Origin: Camelus ferus
Lineage: Eukaryota
DNA: 64,000 nt
Direction: 5' to 3'
NCBI RefSeq assembly: GCF_009834535.1
Contig: NC_045696.1
Location: 7,442,001-7,506,000 of the forward strand
Positions 25,758-38,775 of this stretch are shown piece after piece. The stretch's first letter is position 1. Every line of letters starts with the position of its first letter. Below the pieces are notes generated by a model. It was not told the DNA's origin. It did not search any database and was given only the letters and a program-made list of their open reading frames with translations. The position numbers and the translations under genes are program-made.

Positions 25758-27167
25758 CTGCAAATATAAAAGTATTTATTCTTGAAATCTGTACATAAAA
25801 ATCTACAAGCTTGAAAGTAAAACAATAAAAGAAAATGTAAATTGGACTAAGAAAGCAAAGGAAGCAATATTATGTGAGTCAAACTATAAACAAGTAAGCC
25901 AAAAAAGAAGCTACTGATGCTTTTCAATGTGTGCTATAAAATTATTATAAACTATAATCATGATTATCATTTAGGCCTACAGTAGATACAGAAGAGATAC
26001 AGGCTGTAGCTCCTGTCCTCAGGTAGCTCATAACAAATGGGAAGAAAAGACAGTCACTTCAGTAATTAAACAATCCCCACTAAGAAAAGAAGATATCATG
26101 TTGTTACTGACGTGTTAATTCCACAGTAACTGCTCTTATACCTCCAAGAAGGGAGAAATCACTTGAGCTGGAGTGGCTGGGAAAAGCGTTAGCGGGAATG
26201 CAGCATTTGTGTTTAGTTTTAAGGACAAGTAGGATTGGCACAGAATGGGCCAAATGAAGTTCATTTTAAGAAACACTAAGTAAACCTGTGTGATTTTGCA
26301 AGTTGAGTCAGGACAGGCTGGAAAGGGGCTGCAAGGGCAGGCTGGGGTGAGTGTTTAGAGGCCCAGTGTTTCTGATCCCCCAGCTCTGTGAGCTCAGCCT
26401 TTACCTCACCCACAGGAGTAGGGAGCACTGTACACTCTTAGGCGGGGAGGACATTTGTAAAGCTGTATAGGACAGAGCACAGCAACAGGGACAGGGTGTA
26501 CTGATGGAAGCTTCAGGAGAGACAGCAGAGGCAAGTCAGAGCCTATGTATTAGGGAGGGGAATGAGAGCCTGAGCTGGTTCTGGAGGCCTCAGAAGACAA
26601 AAGCGGCTTCTAAAAAGATACAAGAGTTCTGCATGAACTAGGGCAAAATGATTTAATCTAACCCTGGGATCTCAATTTATTTGACTTGAATGTAGATGCG
26701 GAAATGTGGACAGTATTTAAATTATTTATTTAAATGTGCTATCTGATAATAACGGCCTGAGAAATATCAAATTAAAAGCTGTTTTCCAAAAAAAAAAAAA
26801 AAAAAAGTTTGGTCCTCAAAGTTTTTCCATATGCTATGAGAGTCACATCAGCTCAGGTAAGCACCTGAGTTTGCCCCCTCTGTAATTCTGCTGAAGTGCT
26901 AACTACTAGTAAGTAGTTGCATACGTAGCACTGGAGCCTAAGAGGAGGCAGAACTGCAGGAAGCAAAAGACAGAAATGGCTGCCACAAGTAAAAACACTG
27001 AAAAAAAACCCAAATGAACCAAAACACAAGTGAAAAGCAAAGAGAGCAACAGGATCACTAACCAGAAGGCCAACAATCTCACCACAGCAAGCCCAGAAGG
27101 AACACATGAAAAGCGTGAGATTAGTAACCTGTGTGCAGTAACAACCCTGAGTCATCAAGAAAATCCG

Positions 27168-27270
27168 TGTGTGTAACTGACTCACTCTGCTGTACACCTG
27201 AAACTAACACAACATCGTAGATCAACTATACTTCAATTTTTTTTTAAATGGCTAAAAAAAGGAGAGAAAA
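27168..27270 (+). mobile_element. Short L1 3' tail
   Basis: gtaactgactcactctgctgtacacctgaaactaacacaacatcgtagatcaactatacttcaatt. Confidence 0.8.
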
Positions 27271-27512
27271 ATCTGTATTCTCTTAAACCCTGTTTTAAAA
27301 GAGAAGAATGTAATCCCTTTAGAATGATTTCCATCAAAATCTGGCAGTATAAAGGGAGACTAATAAGTGAGGCTTGAGTATTCGCTCTTCTGGAACCTTT
27401 CATTTCCCAAAGATGCCAAGTAGGTGAGGTCCTGTTGGTGTCCCCGTTTTTATAAGTGCATAAATAAAAATATGTACTAAGCAAATATAATTTAAATAAA
27501 CTAGTATTAGAC

Positions 27513-27733
27513 TACAGCACCCATTCTCAACAGGGGCGACATCAGCCCCAAGAAGGTTATTAGGAGATGAAAAATACCGAACTCTTTTTATATATAAAGC
27601 ACATAGGTACACAGAACATAAACAGATTAACAGTATCTGTGGTATCATGAGAAGAGTGCTATTAGGGAAAAAAATGTCTAAAAAGGCTCTAGGGGCAGGA
27701 AGTAGATAATGAAATAAAAGGTGAGAAACACTG
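27513..27733. mobile_element. hAT/Charlie-type MITE (MER-like)
   Basis: Ends ...ttctcaacaggggcg and ggtgagaaacactg resemble the Charlie-type TIR cagtg(g/t)ttctca; subfamily uncertain. Confidence 0.5.
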
Positions 27734-28000
27734 GCCTAGTGAAAATTAGCAGACCACGAAGAACTTCATCTCTCCTTTCCATTCCTTCTATTTGGACTTC
27801 CAAAATTAAATGTATTAAATAATATGAAAAGACTAAGCACTGATTTCAAATAAACATTCAATGTTTCTTGACACAGAAGCATTGTAAAGTAAAAGGAGAA
27901 CAACAGAAAATATGTGAGGCTTGGGCAAATTCTGGAGCACAGAAGTTTGGCCAACACTGCACTAAGTCAGCCACAATTTACGTAAGGAAAAAAAACTCAC

Positions 28001-28064
28001 TTGATGGCGGTAGAAATTCAGGATGACAGTCACAATCATCTACCTTCAAAGCTTCGTCTGCCGC
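28001..28064 (-). CDS. TTC3: TTC3 coding exon 14
   Basis: ggtag|AADEALKVDDCDCHPEFLPPS(S)|GTGAGT; 64 nt. Confidence 0.94.
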
Positions 28065-29066
28065 CTACCATGAAAATAAAATTAGTAAGACTTCCCAAAA
28101 AATAAGGCCATGAAGAATTCAATGGCTAAATAATAAAATAGAGAACAGTATTTATCTGACACCTAAAATAGCCAGCTTTACCAAATGAATAAACAAACAA
28201 AATGGCAAGTATTGAACAATAAATACTGAATTAATACTATCACATCCTTCCTCATGCTCCTCTCCCTAACTGCATACAACCTCTTCAAGATTTTCATTAT
28301 TAACAACAAAAGGATTATATGGTGGGTTGGAAACATTCCCTTCAATGCCTACTTCCCCCCATCTAACCCAAAACACCAATTCCCTTTTTTCGCCCTCAAA
28401 GCCCAGGAAGAAATGTAAATGTGAACTTGGTGATAACCTGCTAAGTTTTGAGTATACTACAGTTCAGACGCTAGCTCAGATACAGGTCATCTGGACACTG
28501 GTCACAGAGCCAGGCTATAGGCTTAGAGGTGCCCTAAGAAATCATCACACTGAAGTTCTGCTGAGCAAAGCAATGAACCAAGGGCTGGGGACCACTGCTG
28601 TTAAGAGCAGCAAGAGGCTGCAAAAAATACCTTGGGCAGAAATTGGGATGGGGTGCCTCCAAGACCCAGCACAGCACAAGCTGGGTGGGTGGGCCGGTGC
28701 AGTACCAGGCAGTCAAGCAGATTACAGACCCCACTGTCACTCATTCCAAGTGACTGTTTGGTTGAGAGACAAGTAAAGGGAAAAAAGGGAACTATCCAAG
28801 TGGCAAAATGAAATTTAGGAAAAATATTTTGAAAGCCCACAAATGTGATTTCAAAAGAAATTCTGTAATGCTGAAATAATATCTTTAAGACTGTAGTCAT
28901 AGGAGGTAGCCAGATTATTTATTAAAAAGAGAATCATTCTTTTGATATCAATAGGCAAAAAGGGGTTCGTATTACCAAAATACTTAGTTTCCATTATCAC
29001 AAAAATATTATCAGACTATCTGTACTTGAAATTACAATTTTAATTTTAGTTTTTAATTGAGCTTAC

Positions 29067-29187
29067 CTTTAGATTCTGATTACCACCGTTTGCCATTTCG
29101 TGGTTAGTTTTTCTGGAATATTTTTCAGTCTCCACAAAGTTAAGCGACGTACTAAATGCAGGTGCTGATAAACTAGGTATGCAGGCC
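29067..29187 (-). CDS. TTC3: TTC3 coding exon 13
   Basis: ctcag|ACIPSLSAPAFSTSLNFVETEKYSRKTNHEMANGGNQNLK|GTAAGC; 121 nt. Confidence 0.94.
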
Positions 29188-30029
29188 CTGAGTGGTAATA
29201 AAAGAAATAATCATTTTATTTCTATTGATGAACATTTTTAAAAAGTTATCCCTCAAACAAAGAAATTTCAGCAATTATAGCCTTTTTTCCTTGAAAGCAA
29301 GGTAATGCTGTTTCAAAAAGAATCTCTACCTCTGAGACTGGGTTTTATACATAAATATTACTTTAAATTTGGTATTAAAACCTCAAAATAGATTAAGAAC
29401 AGTTTAAGATATGTATCCTAGTTTCTAATATTAAAATAAGGAAGTCCCCCTGTTTTAAATTTAAGAGCGTCAGAATCTTAGACATCTAAGCATGTGGAAA
29501 AAGCTTAATCCATTTTAATTACCAAGTTAAAAAGAGAATCCTGGCTGCAATTTGTTTTCTTATGAGCATACTGAAGTCTATCTGCTGTCTATTTCTAACA
29601 GAAGTGTCTTAGCCTTTGAAAAAATATCAGGAGGCTGGAGGCAGATGTTTCCAGGACAGAGGTGAAGAGTAAAAGAAGCAGACTGTACCCCTGCTCCATG
29701 CTTTTGGCTGCCAGGACCCTCATGGCCAAAACTGGCGCCATTTAAGCACAGTAACAACCAATTACCATCTCACCCCTCTTCGTCCACAGGTCTAGGCTAC
29801 TGATCTCCAATATATACATATGCAGGTGGTTCAGCACAACAGTAAGCAAACCAAATCCAACAAATCACAGGTCTCCTGATCTTACAAAGACTTTAAAAAG
29901 TCTCCTTTCATCCTTCCATCCCCAGCTTTACTGTGGTTACTATTATCTACTAACGCATCAAACAGCAATTCTTAAACTCACAGAGCAAAATCCTTCCAAG
30001 CAACAGCTACCCATCTGATATGAACTCAC

Positions 30030-30075
30030 CTGCTTTCGTAAAAGGCTTTAATTGGATTCCTAGTTGGTGTTCGAC
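30030..30075 (-). CDS. TTC3: TTC3 coding exon 12
   Basis: tatag|RTPTRNPIKAFYES(R)|GTGAGT; 46 nt. Confidence 0.93.
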
Positions 30076-30565
30076 CTATAAAAGCAATCACACATACACG
30101 GTAATCAGCGGATTGGCAACACATACTTTAAGATTTTCACATTTCCTTTGAGCTGACATTAAGAATATCAAATACAGACAACTGAAAAATAAACCTAAAC
30201 AACTTCACGTTTTCTGGATATTTTTAGTTTTTGGATGGTGTTAACAAAATGTTACACAAAGACATCCCATTATATGTGATCTTTGACTAGATGCAGCAAT
30301 ATATAAATCTGAATTAGAGATGGTAACTGTCTTCAAAGAGCTCACAATCTTATAATCATGTTATGTTGGATGACAACATCTGCTAGCAAAATAGGACTGC
30401 TCAGCTCAGCTTCATGAGACACTGACTACACAGAGAAGAACAGGAAAGGTCAGTATGTTCAAAGTATAGAGTCAGGTAACTTCAGGCACTGGGGAAAGCA
30501 AAATTACTTAGGAGAGAAAACAAGGGCAGAATGAGAATCTAGAATCCCTAGCCTAATTTTGAGGG

Positions 30566-30573
<8 letters not shown>

Positions 30574-30610
<37 letters not shown>
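30574..30610. repeat. (TG)18 microsatellite
   Basis: direct reading. Confidence 0.95.
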
Positions 30611-30613
<3 letters not shown>

Positions 30614-31009
30614 CACATTAAGTATACTAAGAATTAGCCACAAACGGTGAAGGGCCTTTTCTTAAGGAAGTAATTATAATAATGGAGGAAAAAATTTAAA
30701 ACAACTTGGTTTCAAAAAGGCTTTACTTCATTCAAAACTTCAAAAAGGCATTTTTTTTACAAAAGAATAATAATTTGTTGCTGTCTGTTTCAATAAAAAT
30801 ACGAATCATTTATAATTACCTACTGGAATGTAATACTAACATAATTCTACATGAATAGAAATGAAAAACTTAAGTGAGTTGACTAAGATAACAAATTAAG
30901 TACAAATCATCTGAGAATTGATTTATGGTCCTCCATTAATCCAAGAAACCCACCTTCAAAAGTTTTAAAGGGAATTCGACTGTAACCAAAAGAATCTTAG
31001 GTGAAATAC

Positions 31010-31172
31010 CTTGCAGGTCTTCTATTTGTTTTTGTAACTTTACATGCTGCTGAATTAGATCCTTGATTCCCTCAGGGTCATTTTTACAGAGTTTTTGAGC
31101 TTTTATGTTTGCTTGCAGGGCCCAGTCATACTCCCCCAGCATAGAAAGAGCAGCACAATAACGATAATGACC
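31010..31172 (-). CDS. TTC3: TTC3 coding exon 11 (TPR)
   Basis: aacag|GHYRYCAALSMLGEYDWALQANIKAQKLCKNDPEGIKDLIQQHVKLQKQIEDLQ(G)|GTATTT; 163 nt. Confidence 0.96.
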
Positions 31173-32789
31173 CTGTTCCAAAAAGATAAATTTAATTTTT
31201 TCTCAAAAATATGCTTAAGTTAAAGAAAATAGATAAAGAAAAAATATTTTGCTTGAAAACTGGTTAAGATGTTAGATTAGGAGCCTATCAATAAAAAATA
31301 AAATGTTATTATCTCTCAGGAAATAAAATTACCTAAATGAGCTAAGTGAAAAGTTATGAACAGTAATCACAGTATTTTTTAACAACTGACTAGAGATCAG
31401 TATTTCTGTACCTCCCCAAAGAAAATAATTCAAACTTTATTGAACGTATTCTACTAATAAAGAAATACATTATTTTGTATCAAGTTAACTATAAAAATAA
31501 TTCATTATAAATGAGTAACAATTTTTTTCAAAATACTTGCAGGCAATAATAGTCTTTAAGTCATTACATTCCCTACGTTTTTGGAATCAAAAGAATTTTA
31601 GCGCTGATAGGAACAAACAGCTTGTGCAGTAGTTTCCCAACCCCTTGACAAGCACAGGCACAGATAAGGGATGTATCCAGGGTAGATCTTCCTTCTCTCT
31701 GTCTTAATCAGCTTTTAAGTAGTTTATCTCTAAGTATAGTTCTTGGCTTCAAGAAAAGATCCAAAACCACTGATTTATTCGTAATTCCAATGATTGGGTT
31801 TTTTTGTTTTGTTTTTTTGCTGCAGAACCATAGTCCTGGCTGCTCCATTTATGCAGACTGGGAAATCTTCTATATTAAACATGAACATTTTAATCTAGAA
31901 AGCTAATATTACCAAACCTGGGGCTAACTTAGCCAACTCCCAAACCAAACTCCCACTGTATGTCCACCTAAGAAGCAAGTTACAAATGTAAGAGGCCTAT
32001 TGCCACGTTTATTTAGAGACAAACAAAAGAGCTTGGATCTTAGGACTCCAGGTCCAGAGCTCTTTCCTCTACTATACATTTTACAAAGAGCATTCTGATT
32101 CTATGAGAAAGTATGAAATCAGAAGTAAGTGATCCTTTTAAGAAAGATAAACCCTCCACTGAGAGAAGTCAGAAACAACCAGAGGCCCTCTGCTAATGCA
32201 GGCTCAGTGCCTGTAGACTCCGGCTCTGGTGCACCAGCCCCACTCGGGAGTTCTGGAGCACTTCTTAGCCAGACTATTTGAGCTCAGATCGATGATTCCA
32301 GTCCAGAGTGCATTTAGTTAAACTCCGCTTTTCCTCCAACAGCATAAGAAAATAGAGATCTCACAGATATGCTACAACACCAAAATTCTATCCACTAAGC
32401 ATGTATCAACTTAAAGTCTAGATAACTGCATTAAATAGATCACAGCGTAAGAAATTATAAGAGATTATAAACCCTACCTGGTAAATTTGTAGAAAACACT
32501 TTATTTCTTTCTCTTTTCCACCCACCTTTCTCATCCTTTACTGAGTCGTTTTCCCTAGACTCTGTAAAACCCAGTATAACTTCAATCAGTTGAAAAAAGT
32601 TTATTCAGGTATCTCTGCTGAAGTTGTCTGAATTTAAAGGTATCTCAGAAAGTTTCTTGAACCCAATTACAAAAGAAAGTTTTGTTCTCTGACACCATCT
32701 CCTTCTCTATCACATATATTGTTCATCTGCCTAGCATCCCCTCCTTTTTTGCGCCCCCATATCCCTACTCCACACAGTAACGGCAGGAC

Positions 32790-34350
32790 TGTCAACCCTA
32801 GTGCCCCATCTCAACAATGTCTGGTGGAGCAGAAGCATAGCTGTGACCCTGGAGATTGATCCATGGAGATATACCACTGCCCAGGTCACAGTAACTGATC
32901 CACAGGCAGGCACATGGCTCAACCAAGATCAGGCTGAGGCATCCCACAGGTGTACTACCTAAATACTAAAAGAGGTCCTCTTTCCACTAGAATTAACAGT
33001 TATTAGGATATCAGTTTGGGGCTTCCACTTTTTCAAAATGAAGGCAAGAGAGTCTATGCTCTAATTACCACTTCTGGTCAAGATGGAGTAACGGACTGGA
33101 TACACCCTCTTGTCTAAAACAAACAAGGACAAAATATATGAAACAAAGGTTTGCAAACAAGACACTGGGTATCAGGCAGTGATCCCTCAGAGATGAGAAA
33201 CACAGAAAGTAAGCCCTATGATTGCTCCAGCTTACTGAAGGAGTTTCGAAGCCACAGCACAGGAAGAAGGAACCCAAGGTAGAGAATATGGTCTCAGTTA
33301 AGACAGAGCTAGGAGTCCACAAATGCCAAAGCAGCTCAAGTCTACAGGGCAGAGGACCAGAGAGAAGAAAACTGGACAGAGAACTCCAGAAATCTTCAGA
33401 GAGTCCCGCTTGAGTCTTCAGCTGAGTACAATCAGTACATTCATATGGGGCAACTACCCAAACCAGGGAAAGAACCACTTGAAAAACTAAAAGAGAACAG
33501 GAGTCAGCACTCACACAGGACCAGGAATAATTCCCATCTCCACCGAACAGAGTGGAAAACACCAGAATTCACGGAGTATTAAGTAGAGTATGCAGAAGAG
33601 TTTTGCCTCAGTTGTGGATGAAAAATTGGCCTTAGACCAAATACCACTATGGTATCGCCCAACAAAGCTTAAAACAACATTCGAAAGAATCTGTTTGCAA
33701 ATAATTTTACTGCATCCCAAAACAAAACTCAAAAATATTCACAGAAATACAAAAATATTAGTACCAAACAAGATAAAATTCACAATGTTTGGTATCCAAT
33801 CAAAAATTATTAGGTATGCAAAGAAGGAAAATGTGATATATAATAAAGAGAAAAAAATGAATTACAAACGAGCCAGAAGTGACACAGATGATAGAATTAG
33901 TAGATAAGGACATTAAAACCATTACAAATATATTTCATACGTTCAAGAAGCTAAGGGGAAAAGTAAGCACATTAAGTAAAAACATGAAATATATAGGAAA
34001 TACACTGAAATTCTAGAGATGAATGCTATGGCACTTAAGATGAAAAATAAATTAGATAGAAATAAAGACACATTAGACACAGCAGAAGAAAAGATCTGTG
34101 AACTTGAGGAGACAGCAACAGAACCGACGTAAAAAGGAACACAGAGAGCACAGAGAGAAAAAAGACTGAAAATGATGCTAAGGAACAGGGAAGCACCACT
34201 GAGAAATAGAAAGAAAAACGTCTATGGATCCAACCATGCCTGAAGCTGACCCCTGGACTTTTCAATTACATAAGCCAGTAATAAATTCCATCTTCTACTT
34301 ATGCCAAATCTGAGTTAGGTTTTCTCATTCCCAAACAAAAGAGTCCTATT
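32790..34350 (+). mobile_element. MLT1-type LTR split by an L1M 5' fragment (about 33065-34165)
   Basis: Left piece ccactgcccaggtcacagtaactgatccacaggcaggcacatggctcaa; right piece ggatccaaccatgcctgaagctgacccctggacttttcaattacataagcc...; the insert starts cacttctggtcaagatggag (L1M 5' end type). Confidence 0.6.
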
Positions 34351-34442
34351 ATACTCCTCAAAAGTAAAAGGTTCTTGAGGACATTTGTGAGGCTATTGGT
34401 TTGCATCCTGTATAACATCAAAAGACAATACACAAGGTGGCA

Positions 34443-34540
34443 GAGGGAATATAGCTCAGTGGTAGGGCGTGTGCTTAGCAAGCACAAGGTCCTGGGTTCA
34501 ATCCCCAGTATTTCCACTAAAAAGCAAATAAACAAAAAAG
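34443..34540 (+). mobile_element. tRNA-Ala-derived SINE (camelid vic-1-like)
   Basis: gggaatatagctcagtggtagggcgtgtgcttagcaagcacaaggtcctgggttcaatccccagta with A and B boxes, AGC anticodon-like loop, A-rich tail. Confidence 0.8.
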
Positions 34541-35955
34541 TAAACCTACATAAATATAGTCAACTGATCTTTGACAATAGTCTTTTCAACAAATGATACT
34601 GGAACTGGATATTTACATGCAAAAAAAAAATGAATACATCCTCCACAAAAATTAACTCAACATAGATCAAAGACCTAAAACTCCTATAGGATAACATAGG
34701 GGAAAATCTAGAAGACTGCAGGTATGGTGATGAGTTTTTAGATAAAATACCAAAGGCATCATGACCAATGAAAGAAATAACTGATAAGCTGGACTTGAAT
34801 AAAATTAAAATTTATACTCTGTGAAAGAAATGTCAAGAAAATGAGAAGACAAGCCATAGTCCAGGAGAAAATATTTGCAAAAGATAAACGTGATAAAGGA
34901 CTGTTACCCAAAATATATAAAGAACATTTAAAACTCAACAATAGGAAAAGAACCAAGTAAAAAATGGGCCAAAGACCTTAACAGACACCTCATCAAAGAA
35001 GATATACAGTGGCAAATAAGCATATGAGAAGGTGCTCCACATCATATGTCATCAGGGAAATGCAAATTAAAACAAGATATCACTACGAACAACGAAAATT
35101 CTATTAGAACAACGAAAATTCAGGACACTGACAACACCAAATGCTGGAAGGATGTGGAGCAACAGGAATTCTCATTCACTGCTGGTGGAAGTACAAAATG
35201 TTACAGCCACTCTGGAAGAAAGTTTGTTGATTTCTTAAAAAACCAAACATATTCTTATCACACAATCCAGCAACTGCACTCCTTGGTATTTACCCAAAGG
35301 AGTTGAAAACATATGTCCACACAAAAACCTGCACATAGACTTTTACAGCAGCTTTATTCACAAATGTCCAACTCTGCAAATGATCAAGACATCCTTCAGT
35401 AGGTGAATGTATAAATAAACTGTGGTACATCCAGACAGTGTATTATTATTCAGTGCTAAAAACAGATATCAAACCATGAAAAGACATGGAGGAAACTTAA
35501 AGGCATATTACTAAATGAAAGAAGCCAATCTGAGAAAGCTGTACACTGTATGATCCCAAGTTGTGGAAAAGGTAAAACTATGGAGGCAGTAAAAAGATCA
35601 ATGATTGCCAGGAGTCTGGGGGGAAGGATGGCAGATCAGAGGATTTCAGGGAAGTGAAAATACTGTGCATGAACCATAATGGTGGAATACATGTCATTAC
35701 ACATTGTCCAAACCCGGAGAGCGTAAAACACTTATGAGTGAACCCTAAGACAAATTATGGACTTTGGGTGACTGTGATGTGTCCATGTAGGCTCATCAGC
35801 CTACAAATGTACCACTCTGTTGGGGGATGCTGACAATGGGGGGACTATGAACGGGGGGAGCAGAGGGAGCAAATTTATAGGAAATCTCTGGATCTTCCTC
35901 TTAATTCTTCTGTGAACCCAGACTGCTCTAAAAACATAAAGTCTTTTTAAAAAAG
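34541..35955 (+). mobile_element. L1MC-like ORF2 3' region and 3' UTR
   Basis: caactgatctttgacaa...gggaaatgcaaattaaaac...ccacacaaaaacctgcac...tgtgaacccagactgctctaaaaa. Confidence 0.85.
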
Positions 35956-36569
35956 AGTGAATATTTCATGTTTAACAAATTAAGCCAGGAATAAACATTC
36001 TACATAAAGTCCTCAAAGTAATTAAGAAAGTTTTGGTATTCTTTTCCTAAGTTGATAATAGGTTGAAATAGCAAAAGTTCTCTCTGGAAAACCACAATCA
36101 TGGTCTAGGTTTCAGTGTTAAGAACTCTATCATCCATTTATTCTGTAAATAAATTTATAGAGCACCTGCCAAATGCCAGGTTCAGTGATCAGCAAACATT
36201 CTGTTTCAAGTACAGCAGTAACCCATAATGAAAATGGCAACAAACTGATCACCTTCAAATAGAAGCATATCCAATGCCAGACTCTCAATTCAATTTTGTC
36301 TTTTACTTGCAATGACACCTTGCAAAAGTCACTTTACCTTTCTGGGACTCAACAAATTCGTCTATAAAATCAGGTGTTTAAAAAGTGACTCCAAAATGTG
36401 GATGCAGAAGTCCACCTGGAGAATTTATAATTCCCAGACTGATACACTCCTAGGCCACCTGAATCACAATTTTTGACTCTAAAATTCCATGATTCTACTC
36501 ACTCTGGTATAAAAAAAAATATGTAAACACTGCTTTTAAAATCTAAACGTTGCTAAGCCAGTTAACTCA

Positions 36570-37100
36570 TTCACTCAATTCATTCCTTAAGTCAACAAAT
36601 ATTCACAAGTGCTTGCTACATGCCAGGCAGCTCTCAGGCAGTCCAGGTTCAAGAATGAACCAAACAACAAAAAAACCTGTCCTCAGGGAGCTCACACTAT
36701 ACTGAAGGACCCACAAAAAACAACACAGCTTAAATCATATGTACTGTATGTTCAGTAATGATAAATACTAAGAGGAACAAAAGTAAAGCAGAGAAAAGAG
36801 GGTAGCAAGTATCAAGGAAGGGACAAGTCTGGCATTTTAGTACTGTGGTCAGGGAAGGTTTCACTGAGGAAAGAAATTTCAGTGAATAATGAAAGGAAAT
36901 AAGGGAGAAGCTCATGCTCTGGGGAAAGACATTCTAATGAGAGCAAGGACAAACTGGGAGTGGGCCTGGCATGTTTAAGGAACAGTGAGGAGGCCAGTGG
37001 GCCAACACCGAGTGGACGGAAAGAGAGCAGGAATGAGGTTGGAGAAACAACGGATTTTCAAGACAGGAGACCAATCAGACAGCTCACAGTATCAACTTGA
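36570..37100 (-). mobile_element. L2 3' fragment
   Basis: cattcactcaattcattcc...caacaaatattcacaagtgcttgctacatgccaggca...cctgtcctcagggagctcac. Confidence 0.75.
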
Positions 37101-37109
37101 TCATGTGAA

Positions 37110-37890
37110 AATACCACATTCATCCACTACTTTATTAATGGATACTGAGGTATTTGCAGTTCTGTGCCATTAAAACAGTGCTGCAGTGGCCAACCTTGCA
37201 CCTCTCACCATGTGCACAAATGCAAGAATGTCTGTGGGGCACACACCCTTAGAATCAGTTACGGCAGATACACATCAGAGTGCTCTCGAAGCTGGCCACC
37301 ACCAACTCAACCGTGACTGGTTTACTGAAAGTTCCTGTTAGCACACGAACTCACCAGTAATCAGGACTACTGGTCTCTTTAACTTCTGCCAACCTGAAGG
37401 ACTCAGACAATATCACAGTTTTCTTTTCACTGTGGGTGTCCATGTGGCTCTGTTTGGAGGGTTCCTATTGGGCTCTCTTGGTTTCTAGCTCTTTACAATT
37501 TTAATTACTAGGAAGGGAAATACAGTTTATTTCTATTACCCATTCAGGTTTCCTCATCTCTGAAATGCTTTTATTTTATTGGATTTACTGGGTTCCTTAT
37601 TTATTTTAGTTCTTTGCATGTTCTGAATACGACCCTATTAGTTTACAAACATTATACATATGACAAATTATCTCCTCCCAGACTATGACTTTATTCATGG
37701 TGTCTTGACACAAAGAAATTTTTAAGTTTGATACAGTCAAATGTATCAGTTTCCCCCCTTCCCCCCACTGATTTGTGCATTGTGTTATTTAAGAAATTCT
37801 TTCCCACCTCAAGATTATGAAGATAGTCTCCTATGGTTCCGTCTAAGGTTTAAGTCTCATCTTTCACAGCGAGGTCTGTAATCCACCCAG
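37110..37890 (-). mobile_element. L1ME-like fragment
   Basis: ttaagaaattctttcccacctcaagattatgaagatagtctcctatg, an antisense L1 ORF2-type stretch. Confidence 0.6.
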
Positions 37891-38151
37891 AACGTGCAGA
37901 TGCCGGCATCTCACTCACTAAGGGGCCCCAAGATTCCTATGGGCTACTCGACCTCCTCAGACACACGCAGCCTCTTACTGCCGTGCTAGCTACATCTCCT
38001 TTCTGACTATGGAACTGAAGATTCCCCTGGCACATTCCTGAGCTCTGCATAATTTTATCCAGCACTTTTAGAGAATTTACATCTTGCAAACAGATTTTTT
38101 ACAAAGTTGTCTGGCACTATTTGCCCAATGTAAAACATAAAAGAAACCTAC

Positions 38152-38206
38152 CTTTGTCCAATTGTTCTTCAGAATAATAGCTCTCTTTCCATCACCAAGT
38201 GCATTT
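38152..38206 (-). CDS. TTC3: TTC3 coding exon 10 (TPR)
   Basis: taaag|NALGDGKRAIILKNNWTK|GTAGGT; 55 nt. Confidence 0.95.
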
Positions 38207-38599
38207 CTTTAAAAAAGAAAAAAGAAATAAAATATTCAAACTTTTAAAAATAAAGGCATCATATACTGCATATATATATTTATACTTTAATTTTCCATAT
38301 ATAATCTAGTTTTCAATTTTTTAATCCGTGTAATATCTGTCCATTATAGGAAATTTGGAAAATACATAAAGGTAAAACAAAGGGGAAAAGTCACCCAGAG
38401 TCACAATCACAACTACCCAGGAATAACTACATTTAATACTTCTGGAGTATTTCCTGCACACAACTAACCATGTTACTTATGCCTAACTTCTTGCTATTAT
38501 TTGAACAGTTTTTTGGGTTCTATTTTTGCACGTCAGCAAGCTTCTGATCTCCAAAAATAAAACCCCCAGATCTTTCATACAACACATCAGCTAAGCCAT

Positions 38600-38775
38600 A
38601 GTGGACAGAGCACAAATTTAGGACATGATTCAGAGATTAAGTCCAATTCAGTCACTGACTGTCACTGGGGCTGTTAGGAAGTGACTGACCTCTCTAGGCC
38701 CACTTTCTCACCTGTAAAATGAGGATAATAATTCAGTTCTGCCTGTTTTCAGATACTATGCCAAAGCACAGTCTT
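38600..38775 (+). mobile_element. MIR SINE
   Basis: ggaagtgactgacctctctaggccccactttctcacctgtaaaatgaggataataat. Confidence 0.75.

Noticed and set aside
28327..28776. 149-aa + strand ORF
   Set aside because: It has a non-ATG start, is antisense and intronic, overlaps a MER5-like end, and has no recognisable domain.
31000..31009. Possible U12-type intron (donor GTATTT)
   Set aside because: It does not match the GTATCCTT U12 consensus; treated as a weak U2 donor.
33065..33907. 165-aa (-) and 105-aa (+) ORFs
   Set aside because: They lie in a degraded L1 5' region, and I recognise no protein similarity or exon structure.
34443..34516. Functional tRNA-Ala gene
   Set aside because: It has stem mismatches and an A-rich tail rather than a T-run terminator. 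A sister copy at 52152 has a TSD, so both are SINEs.
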